The notes: a model not told the origin generated them from the letters alone. 64,000 nt of DNA from Eledone cirrhosa (GCA_964016885.1 OZ024741.1:200756001-200820000); one strand, 5' to 3'. Shown: positions 26,297 to 40,308, numbered from the stretch's first letter. Translations and numbers: made by a program.

Positions 26297-26581
26297 AACG
26301 CTTATCGAGCTCTCTTCGGATTTTAGTCTTCACATTTATTATTACTTTGCCTTTCATCCTTATATATATATATATATTTAGTTAGGGGACTGTAACGTCA
26401 AGTTACTATAGGTTCAACAAACTGAGTGTATATATGTACGTACACACACTCACCTCTTATTCCTGTGCTTTGAAAGAGTTAATTGCATTTCGATGACCTA
26501 TCTCCTTCTTGGGCTTCTTTGATTTATATTCTCTCTGTCTTTATCTTGTCAACATACGTTCTGTACTTTAATATACCTCAC

Positions 26582-26790
26582 CCAATAGTGTGTTAGCAGC
26601 CATTTCGTTACTAACAAGACAAACATAAGTTTCAGCTTCTGCCTATTTAAATATTTTTACACTCATATAACATTCAATTTCTTATCTTCAACTAAAATCT
26701 TCTTGCTTTGACGCCAAGATTTTAGTCGTTAAAGATATTGTATACACAAGAATCGGTCATAAAGTAGTGTAACCTTGCTTTCTGTGAATA
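26582..26790 (-). pseudogene. Possible decayed Ig-domain exon
   Basis: MSVKIFK*AEAETYVCLVSNEMA fits the L-x-I-x-x-V-x-x-x-D-x-G-x-Y-x-C spacing; followed by a GTGAG donor; in-frame stops. Confidence 0.4.
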
Positions 26791-27643
26791 TTTCTATTTA
26801 CCGTGTATGTTAAGGAAGTTTTATTTTAGTTAGGCTTACTCAGCAGGGTTCCAGTGGAGCCTCTTTTAAGTTTTGTAGTTTCCCTATTTTCTAATCTTTT
26901 AATCAACAAGTAATTTTACAGAGGCTTATTTCGTGATGTAGAAACGAACTCAAGAAACTGGATAAAGATAGAAGAAAAATTCCTTTTCGTTTGATTTATC
27001 ATTTTTGTAGTGACTATTTCTGACAAGAATTGGTAAATATAAGATTTAAAAAAAGCTAGCAAAACATTTTGACAACTTTTATGTGACATTACAAGAGATG
27101 GAACGTCTTGATAGTTTTGAAATTTAAACTGCGGTAATACATTGGCGTTGACGCGGTCAGTCACTGAGGATTCTCGTTATATTTTAGGTTCCCAAGACGG
27201 GATAAAATATATTCAATATTATTTATTAGTTACTGCTCTTTGCTAAGATGTTATCAGTTCTTTAAGTGTATTTACCATTAGATGCATCGAATTCATTGGC
27301 CAAATGGCAGAGTAAAAACATTTTTATTAGATGTGTGAAGTTAAAGCAGATTCTGTTTATCAGACAAGATGTGTCAAGACGCACCAAATTAGTTTTTAAA
27401 TGTCTGCATGAGAAATAAAACGACTTTCTTGTGAGCAATAAAAATGTTAATGAAATTATACAGTTAGAAGTAAGATTTAAAACCTCTTTGTAAATTCACA
27501 TGGGTAGGGAATCTACTGGACGGTTCCCGATATAACTAAGATTGTTATAAAGCCAATAACTAATTAATTCCATTTTTTTTTGCTAGAAACAGAACACTTT
27601 CTTGAGATGATGCGACTGATCTTATTATATTAATAGAAATGAG

Positions 27644-28315
27644 AGGGCGGCGGATTGGCAGTATCGGTAGAGGGTCGGACACTTTACTTTGCAGCATAGA
27701 GTTACGGCTCTTTATGATCTGAGTTAAAATCCGCCGAGGTTAACTTTGCCTTTCATCCTTACGGGGTCGATAAAATAAAGTCCAGTCACGCACTAGGGTC
27801 GATTTAATCGACTTTCCCCTCCCCCAAAATTGCTGGCCTTGTGCCTATATAAGAAACCATTATATTAATAGAAATGAGGGCAACAGATTGGCAGTATTGG
27901 AGAGCGTCAGACAAAATGCATTGAGGTATTTAGGTAGGACTTTCTATTTCTGAGCTGAAATTCCACCGTGGTTAACTTTGGCTTTCATCCTACCGAGGTC
28001 GATAAAATAAGTACGAGTTAAGTACTGAGGCCGATATAATCGATTTTCCCTTTCTTCTAAATTGTCAGCCTTAAGCCAATACTAGAAAGAATTGTTTCCA
28101 CAATTGTAGAAACAATTATATCATTAGAAATGAGGGCGGTAGATTGACAGGATGGTTATCACATCAGACAAACTACTTTGCGGTATGTGTTCTGGCCCTT
28201 TACGTTTTGAGTTCCAATCCCACCAAGGTCAACGTTGCTTTTCATCATTCTTGGGTCGATGAAATAAAGTTCCTGTCACGTACTGAGATCGATGTATTCG
28301 ATTTTCCTCTCCTAA
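27644..28315 (+). mobile_element. Three tandem SINEs (longer-tailed variants, increasingly diverged)
   Basis: Starts at 27644, ~27877 and ~28133; TSD TTATATTAATAGAAATGAG around the first. Confidence 0.8.
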
Positions 28316-28514
28316 AAAATTGTTTCACCACAAATGAAAATTCAAATCAACATTTTAATTTTGGAGCAATAAATTGCTGTACGAAACATATAACAATTTA
28401 TCTCTATTCTTGCCCGAGTAACGTATGTGTCAGATGACAGAAAAACTGCTCGCCAGGTTTCACATACCAAGCTGTTTCATGTCGATGGATGTATAGACAA
28501 TGGCTATAAACAAA

Positions 28515-28900
28515 TAATTGTTTCTACTTTTGGCACAAGGCCAGCAATTATCCCAGTGTATTACTTATACTTTATTTTATCGACTCCGTAAGGATGAAAG
28601 GCAAAGTTAACCTCGGCGGGATTTGAACTCAGACCATAAAGGGCCGTAACTCTTTGCTGAAAAGCATGGCGTCCGACCCTCTACCGATACTGCCAATCCA
28701 CCGCCCTATGAACAAATAATTGTTTCTACTTTTGGCACAAGGCCAGCAATTATCCAGTGTATTACTGGTACTTTATTTTATCGACCTCCTAAGGATGAAA
28801 GGCAAAGTTAACCTCGGCATAATTTGAACTCAGAATGGCAATGGCCGTAACTCTATGCGTCAAAGCATGGCGCCCAACCCTTTACCGATACTGTCAATCC
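28515..28900 (-). mobile_element. Two tandem family-A SINEs
   Basis: 28515-28707 and 28716-28900. Confidence 0.85.
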
Positions 28901-29679
28901 CAAATAATGAATATACGTATGGATCTATAACTCCTGGTAGAGTCGTAAGGGCACCGTAGTGTCTTGAACATTTAAAAAACTTGTTGTATATATATATATA
29001 TATATAGAAACACACAGATACATGCGGACACACACATATACATGAATGCATCCACATCCAACCGTGAGTTAATGGTGCCAACCTTACCGTGTTGCTCTAT
29101 GAATGACTGGGACAGACCAATCCGGTTGAATTAGACTGAACCAGTATCAGAGCTAAAAATACATTATGAAGAGAGAAGAAACATTTAGATATAATTAGTA
29201 ATAAAATGTATCATACCTAAACTGCTATAGATTCCTCGACTACGTAGTTTCGTGGCATAAACAAAAACAATACATCATAAAGATATAGAGTTTTTGCGAG
29301 GTCTGCCGACTTATCAAGAGGATACCTCGTTTTACTAGCTTCAAGAACGCGTCTACATGACGTGAGAAAGAATCCCAAAAGGCGGAGGGGGAGATAGTCA
29401 CGTGATATAACGGTCGAGAAACAGAGCTAAGCCTCTTATAACCCCGAAGAAAATACCACGGAGGCGGAGGGGGTATTTAATCGAAGCCGTAGAAGAGGTG
29501 GTGAAGGGGGCGAGAAGTATGAGTAATGGCAGCTTATATATATATATATATATTAGAAAGTGAGGTTTTTTTTACAAAATGAAAAATAACCGAGTTGTCC
29601 TACACGAGTGAAAGTATAAGGAAAAAAGATGAAATCGAAAATGCAACTGGAGTTTTATTTAAAAAAATATATATATATG

Positions 29680-29848
29680 TATTTGGTTCCTTTACCGGTT
29701 TCGCAGTTCTTCTTCTTTTCAAAAGTTGAGTTGAGATGGAGGGTCTGTGGTTTTTCTCACATCTGATGTGAGAAAAACCACAGACCCTCCATCTCAACTC
29801 TACTTTTGAAAAGCAGAAGAACTGCGAAACCAGTAAAGGAACCAAATA
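29680..29848. repeat. Near-perfect 169-bp palindrome carrying HHR 3' halves
   Basis: Centre at 29764; each arm ends GC-GAAA-CC(G/A)G-TA-AAGGAACC. Confidence 0.85.
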
Positions 29849-29918
29849 AATGATCCGGTTAATTTCTACGGACTAAGAAGAACATTTAAGTAATTTTTAT
29901 CTCACTGTACTTCAAATT

Positions 29919-29951
<33 letters not shown>

Positions 29952-30033
29952 TACAAACGAAACGAACATTATTATTAATGTTGGATATAACCCATACGTA
30001 CATATATATGTATATATATATATATATATAAAA

Positions 30034-30218
30034 TAATTGTTTCTACTTTAGGCACAAGGCCAGCAATTACCCAGTGCATTACTGGTACTTTATTTTATCG
30101 ACCCCGTAAGGATGAAAGGCAAAGTCAACCTCGGCGGGATTTGAACTCAGATCGTAAAGGGACGTAACTATGCTGGAAAGCATGGCGTCCGAACCTCTAC
30201 CGATACTGCCAATCCACC
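30034..30218 (-). mobile_element. Family-A SINE
   Basis: Full consensus match. Confidence 0.88.
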
Positions 30219-30693
30219 ATATAAAATAATAAGTGTACGTCAAACATGAAATAATAAGTGTACGTCAAACATGCTTCGTTTATTCCAATTCGCTACTATA
30301 CATATTTAAGTGACAGCCATTATTGGCTGTGACCTCATCAGGCAGTAATAATTTAGGCAGAAACAACAGGAAAATATGATGTTGTAATGGGTTCTACCCT
30401 GTTAATTCATCGATATGTCCAGCTCCTGTGTGTGTTGTTAGTCCTCAAAGGAACTGGATTCATATGGGCAAGAATAAACAAGTTTTATCGTCCAAAGGAT
30501 ATGCTCCCACCTCATTGGTCAGTTATCATACCTCACCTCAGCCGAAAGTCTATTACATTCTTCAGAAACAGGTCGGCCTGTTATTGTTGCTTTTATCTGT
30601 ATGGTCAACTGAACATACAGATAAAAGTAACAACTGGAAACTACGCACCGTGTGCTCACTCAGGTGAACCTACAGTAACAGCACGTTACACTC

Positions 30694-31091
<398 letters not shown>

Positions 31092-31093
<2 letters not shown>

Positions 31094-31262
31094 GGAGCCC
31101 CTACATGTACACACTAGAAAAGGAAGACCAAGGTTAACGTATGTTGATGCCCTAAGGACAGACACTGGTCTATTGGAGACGCAGGACATGGCAGCGATAA
31201 TGAGGGACAGAGACCGCTGGAGAGAACTCGTCCATGGATCTCGGGAATTTTACCCGCCTTAG
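31092..31262 (+). mobile_element. RTE LINE 3' tail
   Basis: Matches the reverse complement of 1300-1470. Confidence 0.85.
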
Positions 31263-31265
31263 AAT

Positions 31266-31322
<57 letters not shown>

Positions 31323-32071
31323 ATACATACTATATTTAGGTTTAATCCATACATATTAAATATATATCGATTATGTTTCTCAATACAAAAGCTCCATATA
31401 TCTATACATATATGTAGAGGTGTTGTTCTTATTGTAGAGGTAGTATTGTTCCTGTAAAAGTAGTTGTTGTTGCCTTCGAAGCAGCTGTTGGTGTGAATTG
31501 ATATCGATGATGCTGATAATATTGTTTACCTTGTTGTTGAGACTGTTGGAGTAGGTGCTAGAGTGATTATTAATTTCTCACTATTGATCTTATGATAAGA
31601 ACGAGATTAAAAGAATTGGAGTTATATTAAATGAGATAACATCTTTATCATTATTAACCCTTGTAAATAGACTTAACCTCTTACATCTGCCTGCTGGTGA
31701 GTAGGGATCGGTTACTGAAACTTCGGCACCGGATCAACATGTCACTTTCAAATACGGACGTCGAAGGATTGCTAGATTTCTCAGTGATTATAATTTGATT
31801 GATGATGTGCTGTTGTAGTTGTTGTTGTATTTCGCCAATTTTAGTATATATAGTATGACAAGTTTAATTTCTAAATGAGTCATAGTGAGTTAGCTAAAGA
31901 TAGGTACATAGATAGATAAACAGAGAAACAGAGAGTGAGAGAGAGCGAGAGGGGGGGGGGTAAAAGAAAGTTAGCATTTCGACTTCGCTCTATCTTTTTC
32001 CCTTACTTTCTTTCGCTTTCTCTCGCTCTTCCCCTTCCCTTCTCTCTCTCTCTCTCTCCCCCTCTCTCTCT

Positions 32072-32138
<67 letters not shown>

Positions 32139-32176
32139 GCATAGATGCATATATGTGTGTATATATATATATATAC

Positions 32177-32221
<45 letters not shown>

Positions 32222-32395
32222 TATATGTATATATATGCATATATATATATGCATATATATATGCATATATATATATATATATATGCATATATATATACAT
32301 ATATATATATATATGTATATGAATGAATATATATATATGTATATATGTATATATATATGTATATATATACATACATATATATATGCATACATAAA

Positions 32396-32477
<82 letters not shown>

Positions 32478-32697
32478 TACACACACATGAGAAACGATTT
32501 CCTTCGTCAATGTTTCAAGTTTATACTGCTAAATCTATTGTGTCACTTGTACGTTAAATATAAAGGAGGAGGAAGAAAAGATAACCTTTTTAATGACCTC
32601 ATTCAGAGCTACTTGATAAATGCTGTGGTTTACCCTTCATATTCAGATATCATCTGCCAGGAGATATACTGCTTCTTTTTTTTGTTTTTTCTTAAAG

Positions 32698-32850
32698 GTT
32701 TGGGGTATGTGGTGGAATCCGATGAGAAAGTGGTTTCGTTGGAGATATAAAGGCTTAGGCAGAAGGTCAAAAGTCACCACAACTGTTGCTTGGAAATGCT
32801 GTTGGAAAAATTTGTAGTGGGAACAGAACAGCTTACATTTTACCTCTCTC
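32698..32850 (+). pseudogene. Possible decayed Ig (I-set-like) exon
   Basis: Polypyrimidine tract plus AG at 32697, then SLEI*RLRQKVKSHHNC, where GTC/AGT/CAC are each one base from D/G/Y; a frameshifted NAVGK follows. Confidence 0.45.
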
Positions 32851-32861
32851 ACACTCTAACC

Positions 32862-32916
<55 letters not shown>

Positions 32917-33785
32917 TGTGTCTGTGTGTATGTATTTATATGAACCTTTATTCTGAGTTTCACGTTGCCGATTATTCAAACAATTGAATTAGGAAAGCAG
33001 CAGGACACTATATAAGCAGAAATATTCGGAAACACGTGGAAATATGATTAATCATCGAGATTTTGTAGGTTACCAAAATGTGTCACATTTTCCTTTACGT
33101 AGACGCTATACGGGAATCATGTGACAGATTCATCTATTCACATGAAAACAAAAAAAAAGCGTATGATTTTTCAAGTCTTTGGTATCATATGTAAAAATCA
33201 CACAAGAGAAATGCTGGTGACCATTATTATTGAAAATTTAATGTTGACGAATACCTAATTTTTTTTTTTTTTTTTTTTTCTGTATTTCAGCATATATCGA
33301 ATCCATTATGTGAGAAATAAACTACATCAGCCAAATGGCAGCTGGATAAATATCGATAGAACAGTCTGCAAGAATTCATCAATTCGATTTTTTGTTAAAA
33401 TTGCATGAAGATGTAATAGAATGTTATACTTCTGGGGAAGACAACACCTAGAATTGAATAGATGAATGAGTGACGCCAAAAAACCTGAAAATGCTGTTGT
33501 CACTTGTAGTCCCACAACAGATATAATTTGTAACGACTTTCAGATCAAAATAAATAATGGAATAACTTAAATCAAATCACTAAGTTTACTCCCATCCGTA
33601 TTTATAAGCAGGATCGACAGTTATAAAATGGTAAAATATGAAAAAAACGTTGATTTACTACAAATTACATTCGCTACGCAGAGGTGGGCTTTTTTGGTAC
33701 ACATTGGATAAAAATTTTGTTTACAAGTTTCTGTGAAAATGTTTTATAAAAAAGCTGACGTTATTGAATTGTCAGAAGCAAAAAT

Positions 33786-33928
33786 ATGAAGGTGAAAACA
33801 AGTTTTAAATCAGAATGGAAGGAAGAATTTGCACTGACTATTAAATGTGGTAAATGTCCGTGACTTGTCTGTTATATCTCCTCCAGTCATTACAAAGCCA
33901 GTAACTTGAAATGTCTCTTAGAAGCAAT
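33786..33928 (+). mobile_element. hAT (SPIN/GTF2IRD2-like) transposase N-terminal relic
   Basis: EGENK/FKSEWKEEFALTIKCGKCP*LVC...YKASNLK. Confidence 0.6.
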
Positions 33929-33986
33929 ATATATATATATATATAGAAGTGGTAACACAACATGATATAATATAACCATGACCAGT

Positions 33987-34026
33987 CCGAGCTGAGGATC
34001 CGCTAAGGTGAAACAATTGTTCTCGG
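33987..34026 (+). ncRNA. Minimal hammerhead ribozyme, U.U stem-II variant
   Basis: CCGAG-CTGAGGA-T-CC(GCTAA)GG-T-GAAA-CAATTG-TT-CTCGG, with perfect stem I and palindromic stem III, inside a 19-bp inverted repeat (33944-33962 / 34041-34059). Confidence 0.8.
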
Positions 34027-34117
34027 TATGGTGAACTAACTGTTGTGTTACCACTTCTACCTAACTCATCCCATGGACTGAGTGCTCTACCACTACGGAT
34101 ATTACCTTTCAGTGTTC

Positions 34118-34224
<107 letters not shown>

Positions 34225-34309
34225 AAAAGGTAATCAGAAATAACAACACAATCGGTACAGTATATGGAAGGGATATATTAGGTTAACGCTTGATATAGCA
34301 GGAAGAGGG

Positions 34310-34345
34310 TCTTAACGTTTCGGACGCTAGTCCTTCATCAGAAGA
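34310..34345 (-). ncRNA. Minimal hammerhead ribozyme
   Basis: TCTT-CTGATGA-A-GGAC(TAGC)GTCC-GAAA-CG-TT-AAGA; a decayed sister copy lies at 62757-62791. Confidence 0.85.
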
Positions 34346-34577
34346 AAGAATGAGGAATAAGATAGATTGAGGGTACGAGCGGGTTGGAATTGGAAAAACT
34401 GTCTTTAGATAAAAATAACAGGTCCATTCATGTTGACATCTCTTGCAAAACTGTTGGTGCTGGCGTTTTGTGCATGATTTATATTTTAGAAAAGTGGATG
34501 AAGGAGCGCGTCTACCTCAAATGGAAAAAAACGGTTTTGTAAAAAGAGCTCTACTCGTGCACGTGCGTAAGCATGTA

Positions 34578-34674
<97 letters not shown>

Positions 34675-34771
34675 ATTACGTCCGTACGAAGCTGAGAGGA
34701 AATGTGTGTGTATAAGTAAAAGAGTGTATGTGCATGTAAGTTCGAACGTATGAGCAAAAGTATGTTAAAAA

Positions 34772-35383
34772 TTGTTATATATGTTCTGTTGTTTGTTATA
34801 TATGTTCTGTGGTTTGTTATATATGTTCTGTGATTTGTTATATATGTCCTGTGGTTTGTTATATATGTCCTGTGGTTTGTTATATATGTCCTGTGATTTG
34901 TTATATATGTTCTGTGATTTGTTATATATGTCCTGTGATTTGTTATATATGTTCTGTGGTTTGTTATATATGTCCTGTGATTTGTTATATATGTTCTGTA
35001 GTTTGTTATATATGTTCTGTTGTTTGTTATATATGTCCTGTGATTTGTTATATATGTCCTGTGATTTGTTATATATGTTCTGTTGTTTGTTATATATGTT
35101 CTGTGGTTTGTTATATATGTTCTGTAGTTTGTTATATATGTTCTGTGGTTTGTTATATATGTCCTGTGGTTTGTTATATATGTTTTGTGATTTGTTATAT
35201 ATGTTCTGTGGTTTGTTATATATGTCCTGTGATTTGTTATATATGTTCTGTTGTTTGTTATATATGTCCTGTGATTTGTTATATATGTTCTGTTGTTTGT
35301 TATATATGTTCTGTTGTTTGTTATATATGTTCTGTTGTTTGTTATATATGTCCTGTGATTTGTTATATATGTTCTGTGGTTTG
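34772..35383. repeat. 21-bp minisatellite, ~29 units
   Basis: Unit TTGTTATATATGTYCTGTDRT. Confidence 0.95.
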
Positions 35384-35468
35384 CAAATCTACGATGACGG
35401 TAGTATACTAATTGGATTTATCTCAGAACTGTCTTTCGCCAATCTACATATTGACAATATATATATTT

Positions 35469-35634
35469 ATAGGAAAATGTTTGACCCCGACGACAGAGCT
35501 CAAGCCATTTCGACGGCTATTTCTGGAAATTGCCGTCGGGTCAAACATTTTCCTATTGCCCACTCTACTACCCTAAGTATTGAGTACTCAGGTGCGTTAT
35601 GGTCCATCTGGTTCCTTACCACTCTTCCTTCGTT
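35469..35634. mobile_element. Family-G inverted element (diverged)
   Basis: ATAGGAAAATGTTTGACCC ... GGGTCAAACATTTTCCTAT followed by the family tail. Confidence 0.7.
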
Positions 35635-36239
35635 ATATATATATATATATATAGTGAAAAATGGAACGGGAACAAAACAGAGAGGCAGTACGAACAAAGG
35701 TTTATTAGTTTCACGCTCTTGAGAGTGGGGGGGGGGGAACCACATATATATATATAAATAAATTTAATATTTCTAAAGAAACATGGTATGTTTACAGGTA
35801 AACATTTAGAAAGCCGTAGCTATGCAAAAAATCACAGGGGCTAACGCCCTCTGGTGATGTCCAGCAGAAGCAAGGGGGACAATCGTATACAGCTATGCTT
35901 GAATCTAAATCCTAATTCTATTCTATCATAAGTTGAGCCAACTTATGCAGCTTCATATGCAAATGAGATTAATCACCTCATTTACACAGACACATTATTT
36001 ATTTAAGCTATTTTGATCACCTAAGTGGTGGTTCTGGTAAGCAAATCATGATACAACGAATTAAAAAGCACTCAACTTTATGTACGTCCTCCACCGTAGA
36101 AGTCGTATCCAGTGGTTGGCGCAGTAAATTATTTAAAACAACAACAAGAGGCCAGACTGGAAGATATGCTGTAAATATGTTAATTCCGTGAAATCACTAT
36201 ACATATTTCAATGGCCCAGTCCCATCATCCATTTATGAT

Positions 36240-38090
36240 GCAAGACAGAACATAGCTGCATCCCAGATAGAAGTTCACATCAACACCACCTGGATGGATA
36301 TCTGCAGACGTAGACAAACCCCCAACAAGTATAAAAACAACCTCACCACCAGAAACAGCAGACTACCAACATTCTACCACCTCATTAAACCCACAAAACC
36401 AGTGTTAATCTCCAGATTAGACCAATTGTCTCTAGTATAGAAGGACTCCTCTATAAAATCTCTTGGTTCCTCTCCCAGATCGTCAAGCCTATGCTTGCTA
36501 CGGTTCCCGGACATGTCAGCAGCTCCGACGACGTCATACAAAGACTACATCAACTACAACCTAATCAACTTAAGCTCAACAGATATGCCTTTAGCCTCGA
36601 AGTTGTCTCCCTCTACACGATAGTACCCGCTCATCCAGCGGTCAACCTAGTGACTGACTGCATCATTTCATACAACATATACTGCTTTGGCCTCACCCCA
36701 CCAGACATACATCAGCTTCTATCCATCATCGTAGAAAATACATATTTCATACTCCACTACCACACATACTGGGTTCCAGTCTTTCTGGCAATCACCTATA
36801 TGAACCAACCGGAACGTCAAACCCTCAACACCTGCCGCTTCTGTGTCTTCTTGACCCGATACATAGATGATATACACATCCTCACATCATCCCGTGAAGA
36901 GGCCAAGATAATATCTACAACATTTTCAAACATAAATAACACCCCGATAAAAATAGTTCCTTGTCTCTGCTGGAATTCCAACTTAGAATAACAGAAGAAG
37001 GTGCTATATGCACCAACTTCTATAGGAAACCTACGAGCAGAGACCTTTTTGTGCATTATAGATCAGCCTTGCTAAAACCGGATACATGAGAAATGAACTT
37101 ATGCGTATCCGGAATAAATGTAGTAAGAGAGAGGACCAGATCACTCACACTGCACACTTCATAGATGTACTGAAGACAAACGGATGCCCAACATCCAGAG
37201 TGAATCGACTTAAGAATCGAAGGCATCGCAAGCATAACACCTCCTCTAACACCTGCTTCATGAAATTACCACACTTCAGCGAAAGTATAACCACAACAAG
37301 AAGGAATAGACATACAATTAGCAAACTCCGGCCCTTCACTGCGTGGATACCTATCTAAAACGCAATCCAGAGACAACAACAGCCAATGCTCGCTGACTAA
37401 CTGCCCTATTCGAGACACGGGTATGTGCCAGCGGACATTTAGTATACCGGATTGAATGCAGCAAATGTAAGGAGTTCTACATTGGTAGCATGACTGAACC
37501 ACTCAACACTCGCATTACAGGACATCTCAAAACACATTGACAAATGCAGACACACCAACAAAAATATAACTGTCAATATTGAAGCCAGAGAGAGAAATGT
37601 GGCCAATTTAAGTATTAAGGAATCCTTGCTCATATGTAGACTCAAACTACAAATAAATAATAGATTATAATGCAGCACACAATACTTAACATAAAAAGAC
37701 ACATCCACACGCACGCACACGTAACCTAAACAATATCTCATACAAAAAACAAAACAAAAAAAAAGAAAATTGATTCCATGAAATACTACATCGGCAATTG
37801 ACGTCATTCTCGTAAATAGCAAAGTAACCATCAAACAAAGCTTGAAATCGGTTTAAGAAATTTAAATCTAAATTTAATCCCAAAGAGAAGAAACCGTAAC
37901 ATTTTTCTCTGAAGTTTCCTTATACTCTGAAGAAGTCCCGAAATATTAGGACGAAGGAAACAACAGCAACAACAACAAAACAAAGATTAGCTTACTTTTT
38001 CGTTACCTTCATCTTACAGTCCATTTTGCATTGTTTAGCCTTATATCACTTTCCATATTATATAACATATACAATGCTTCAAACAGACTA
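36240..38090 (+). mobile_element. Decayed Penelope-like element, second family (RT, GIY-YIG and pLTR with relic HHR at 37927-37955)
   Basis: IRPIVSS, FSLEVVSLYTIVP, RYIDDI, YRKPT, YRIECSKCKEFYIGS; HHR relic CTGAAGA-A-GTCC..GGAC-GAA. Confidence 0.88.
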
Positions 38091-38123
38091 CAACATTTTA
38101 TTATATATATATATATATATATA

Positions 38124-38327
38124 TAACGGAAGAAATGTGGTAAGGAACTAGGTGGACCATAACGCACCAAAGTACTCAATACTTAGGGTAGTAGAGTGGG
38201 TGATAGGAACGAGTAGGACCCTGACGGCTGAGCTCAAGCCGTTTCGACGGCTAATTCTGGACGGCTAATTCAGTCCAGAATTAGCCGTCGAAACGGCTTG
38301 AGCTCAGCCGTCGGGGTCCTACTCGTT

Positions 38328-38330
<3 letters not shown>
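38124..38330. mobile_element. Family-G inverted element in (TA)n
   Basis: The short arm again ends at TTCCTAT. Confidence 0.8.
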
Positions 38331-38386
<56 letters not shown>

Positions 38387-38419
38387 ATGGGGCAAACCAG
38401 CCAGGGATGTGCAAACTAC

Positions 38420-38456
38420 ATTTCTGACGAGCTCAGGCTAGCGAAATGGGTAAACT
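38420..38456 (+). ncRNA. Minimal hammerhead ribozyme motif
   Basis: CTGACGA-GCT(CAGGCT)AGC-GAAA-TGGG-TA-AACT; stem I is imperfect. Confidence 0.6.
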
Positions 38457-38537
38457 ATCAAGCCATAAACCTCAGCAAAATATGAATCATGGGGATAAAA
38501 ATAACCCAGAATACGAATGCATGTGCCCTTCGATCTA

Positions 38538-38681
<144 letters not shown>

Positions 38682-39044
38682 GGTGTTTGCGCGTGAGTAT
38701 GTGTATGTGTATGTGAGTAAGTGTGTGTGTTTTTACGTGAGTGTGTGAGTGTGTGTGAGAGAGTCTGTGTGCGTACGTATGTGCATGCCTCTGTGTGTAC
38801 GTGTATGGGTGTGTGTGTGTAAGTGTACGTGTGTGTGTGTGTATGTGTGTGTATGTATATAAATTAAATGGGATATTGGATATATTGGATATAATACAAG
38901 CATTTCCGATCATCAAGGCACTAGTTCCTTTCGGCATGTGTAGAGAACCATCGCTTACCACGGCGAAAAGTCAAGAATTAGACCAGTCATGACAGGAAAA
39001 TTGTTGCCGCAGGAACACTGACAAAAAAACAAGTGTAACTATAA

Positions 39045-39220
39045 TAATTGTTTCTAATTTTGGCACAAGGCCAGCAATTAACCCAATGCATTACTGGTAC
39101 TTTATTTTATCGACCCTGTAAAGATGAAAGGTAAAGTTAACCTTGGCGGGATTTGAACTCAAACCGTAAAGGGCCGTAACTCTATGCTGCAAAGCATGGC
39201 GTCCGACCCTCTACCGATAC
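39045..39220 (-). mobile_element. Family-A SINE
   Basis: Consensus match. Confidence 0.85.
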
Positions 39221-39567
39221 CGCATGCACTGGAATCCATTAATAGTTGAAATACAGTAGAGGACAAAACTGACACGCGCGCATGCGCAGACACAGGGCAA
39301 AAATCATTTTCTCAAATACCTGAAGAATACATCGTGGACACGAAGAGGCAGAATGAAATGGGACTGTGATAAGGCGATACAGCAGACACATATATATATA
39401 TACATATATATATACATACATATATATATATACATATATATACATATATTTATGTTCGTCTAAATATATATACATATATATATATACATATATATATATA
39501 CATACATATACATATATATATACATATATATATATACATATATATATACATATATATACATATATAT

Positions 39568-39684
<117 letters not shown>

Positions 39685-39816
39685 TGTTGATGCCCTAAGG
39701 ACAGACACTGGTCTGTTGGAGACGCAGGACATGGCAGCGATAATGAGGGACAGAGACCGCTGGAGAGAACTCGTCCATGGATCTCGGGAATTTTACCCGC
39801 CTTAGAAAAAAAAAAA

Positions 39817-40160
39817 TATATTATTCAGAATATTAATAAATGAAGACATTCACATAATCAAAATATATTTTTTATTATATATATTTTGAAGGTACTGCGC
39901 TGTATTTTCAGTACGTCCTCGTCAGATAAAATACATAAATTGATGTATGACATACCTCAACGGTCTTGATGGTCCAATTCCACTACTGCCAATACTGGAA
40001 TTGAACCATCAAGACCGTTGAGGTATGTCATACATCAATTTATGTATTTTATCTGACGAGGACGTACTGAAAATACAGCGCAGTACCTTCAAAATATATA
40101 TAATAAAACATATATTTTGATTATGTGAATGTCTTCATTTATTAATATTCTGAATAATAT
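39817..40160. repeat. Palindromic insertion with ~165-bp arms, each holding an HHR relic (GAAA mutated to AAAA)
   Basis: CTGACGA-GGACGTACTG..CAGTACCTTC-AAAA; the family copy at 50369-50420 retains GAAA. Confidence 0.85.
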
Positions 40161-40250
40161 TAATAACTCCAGAAAACTTCTTGTAGAGTGCTTTTAATCT
40201 ATTGTAAAAGTATATTCATTGAGTAATCAATGAACCATATTAATCTTTGG

Positions 40251-40308
<58 letters not shown>

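Noticed and set aside
26860-27540. Possible hAT/ZMYM-like transposase relic on the minus strand (YYRSLNF)
   Set aside because: A single short motif is insufficient support.
33291-33520. Strong splice acceptor followed by a putative exon
   Set aside because: All three frames hit stops and no domain is recognisable.
34772-35722. 316-aa LLYMFC-repeat ORF, and a CRISPR-like appearance
   Set aside because: A minisatellite with no unique spacers, running into a family-G element; eukaryotic context.
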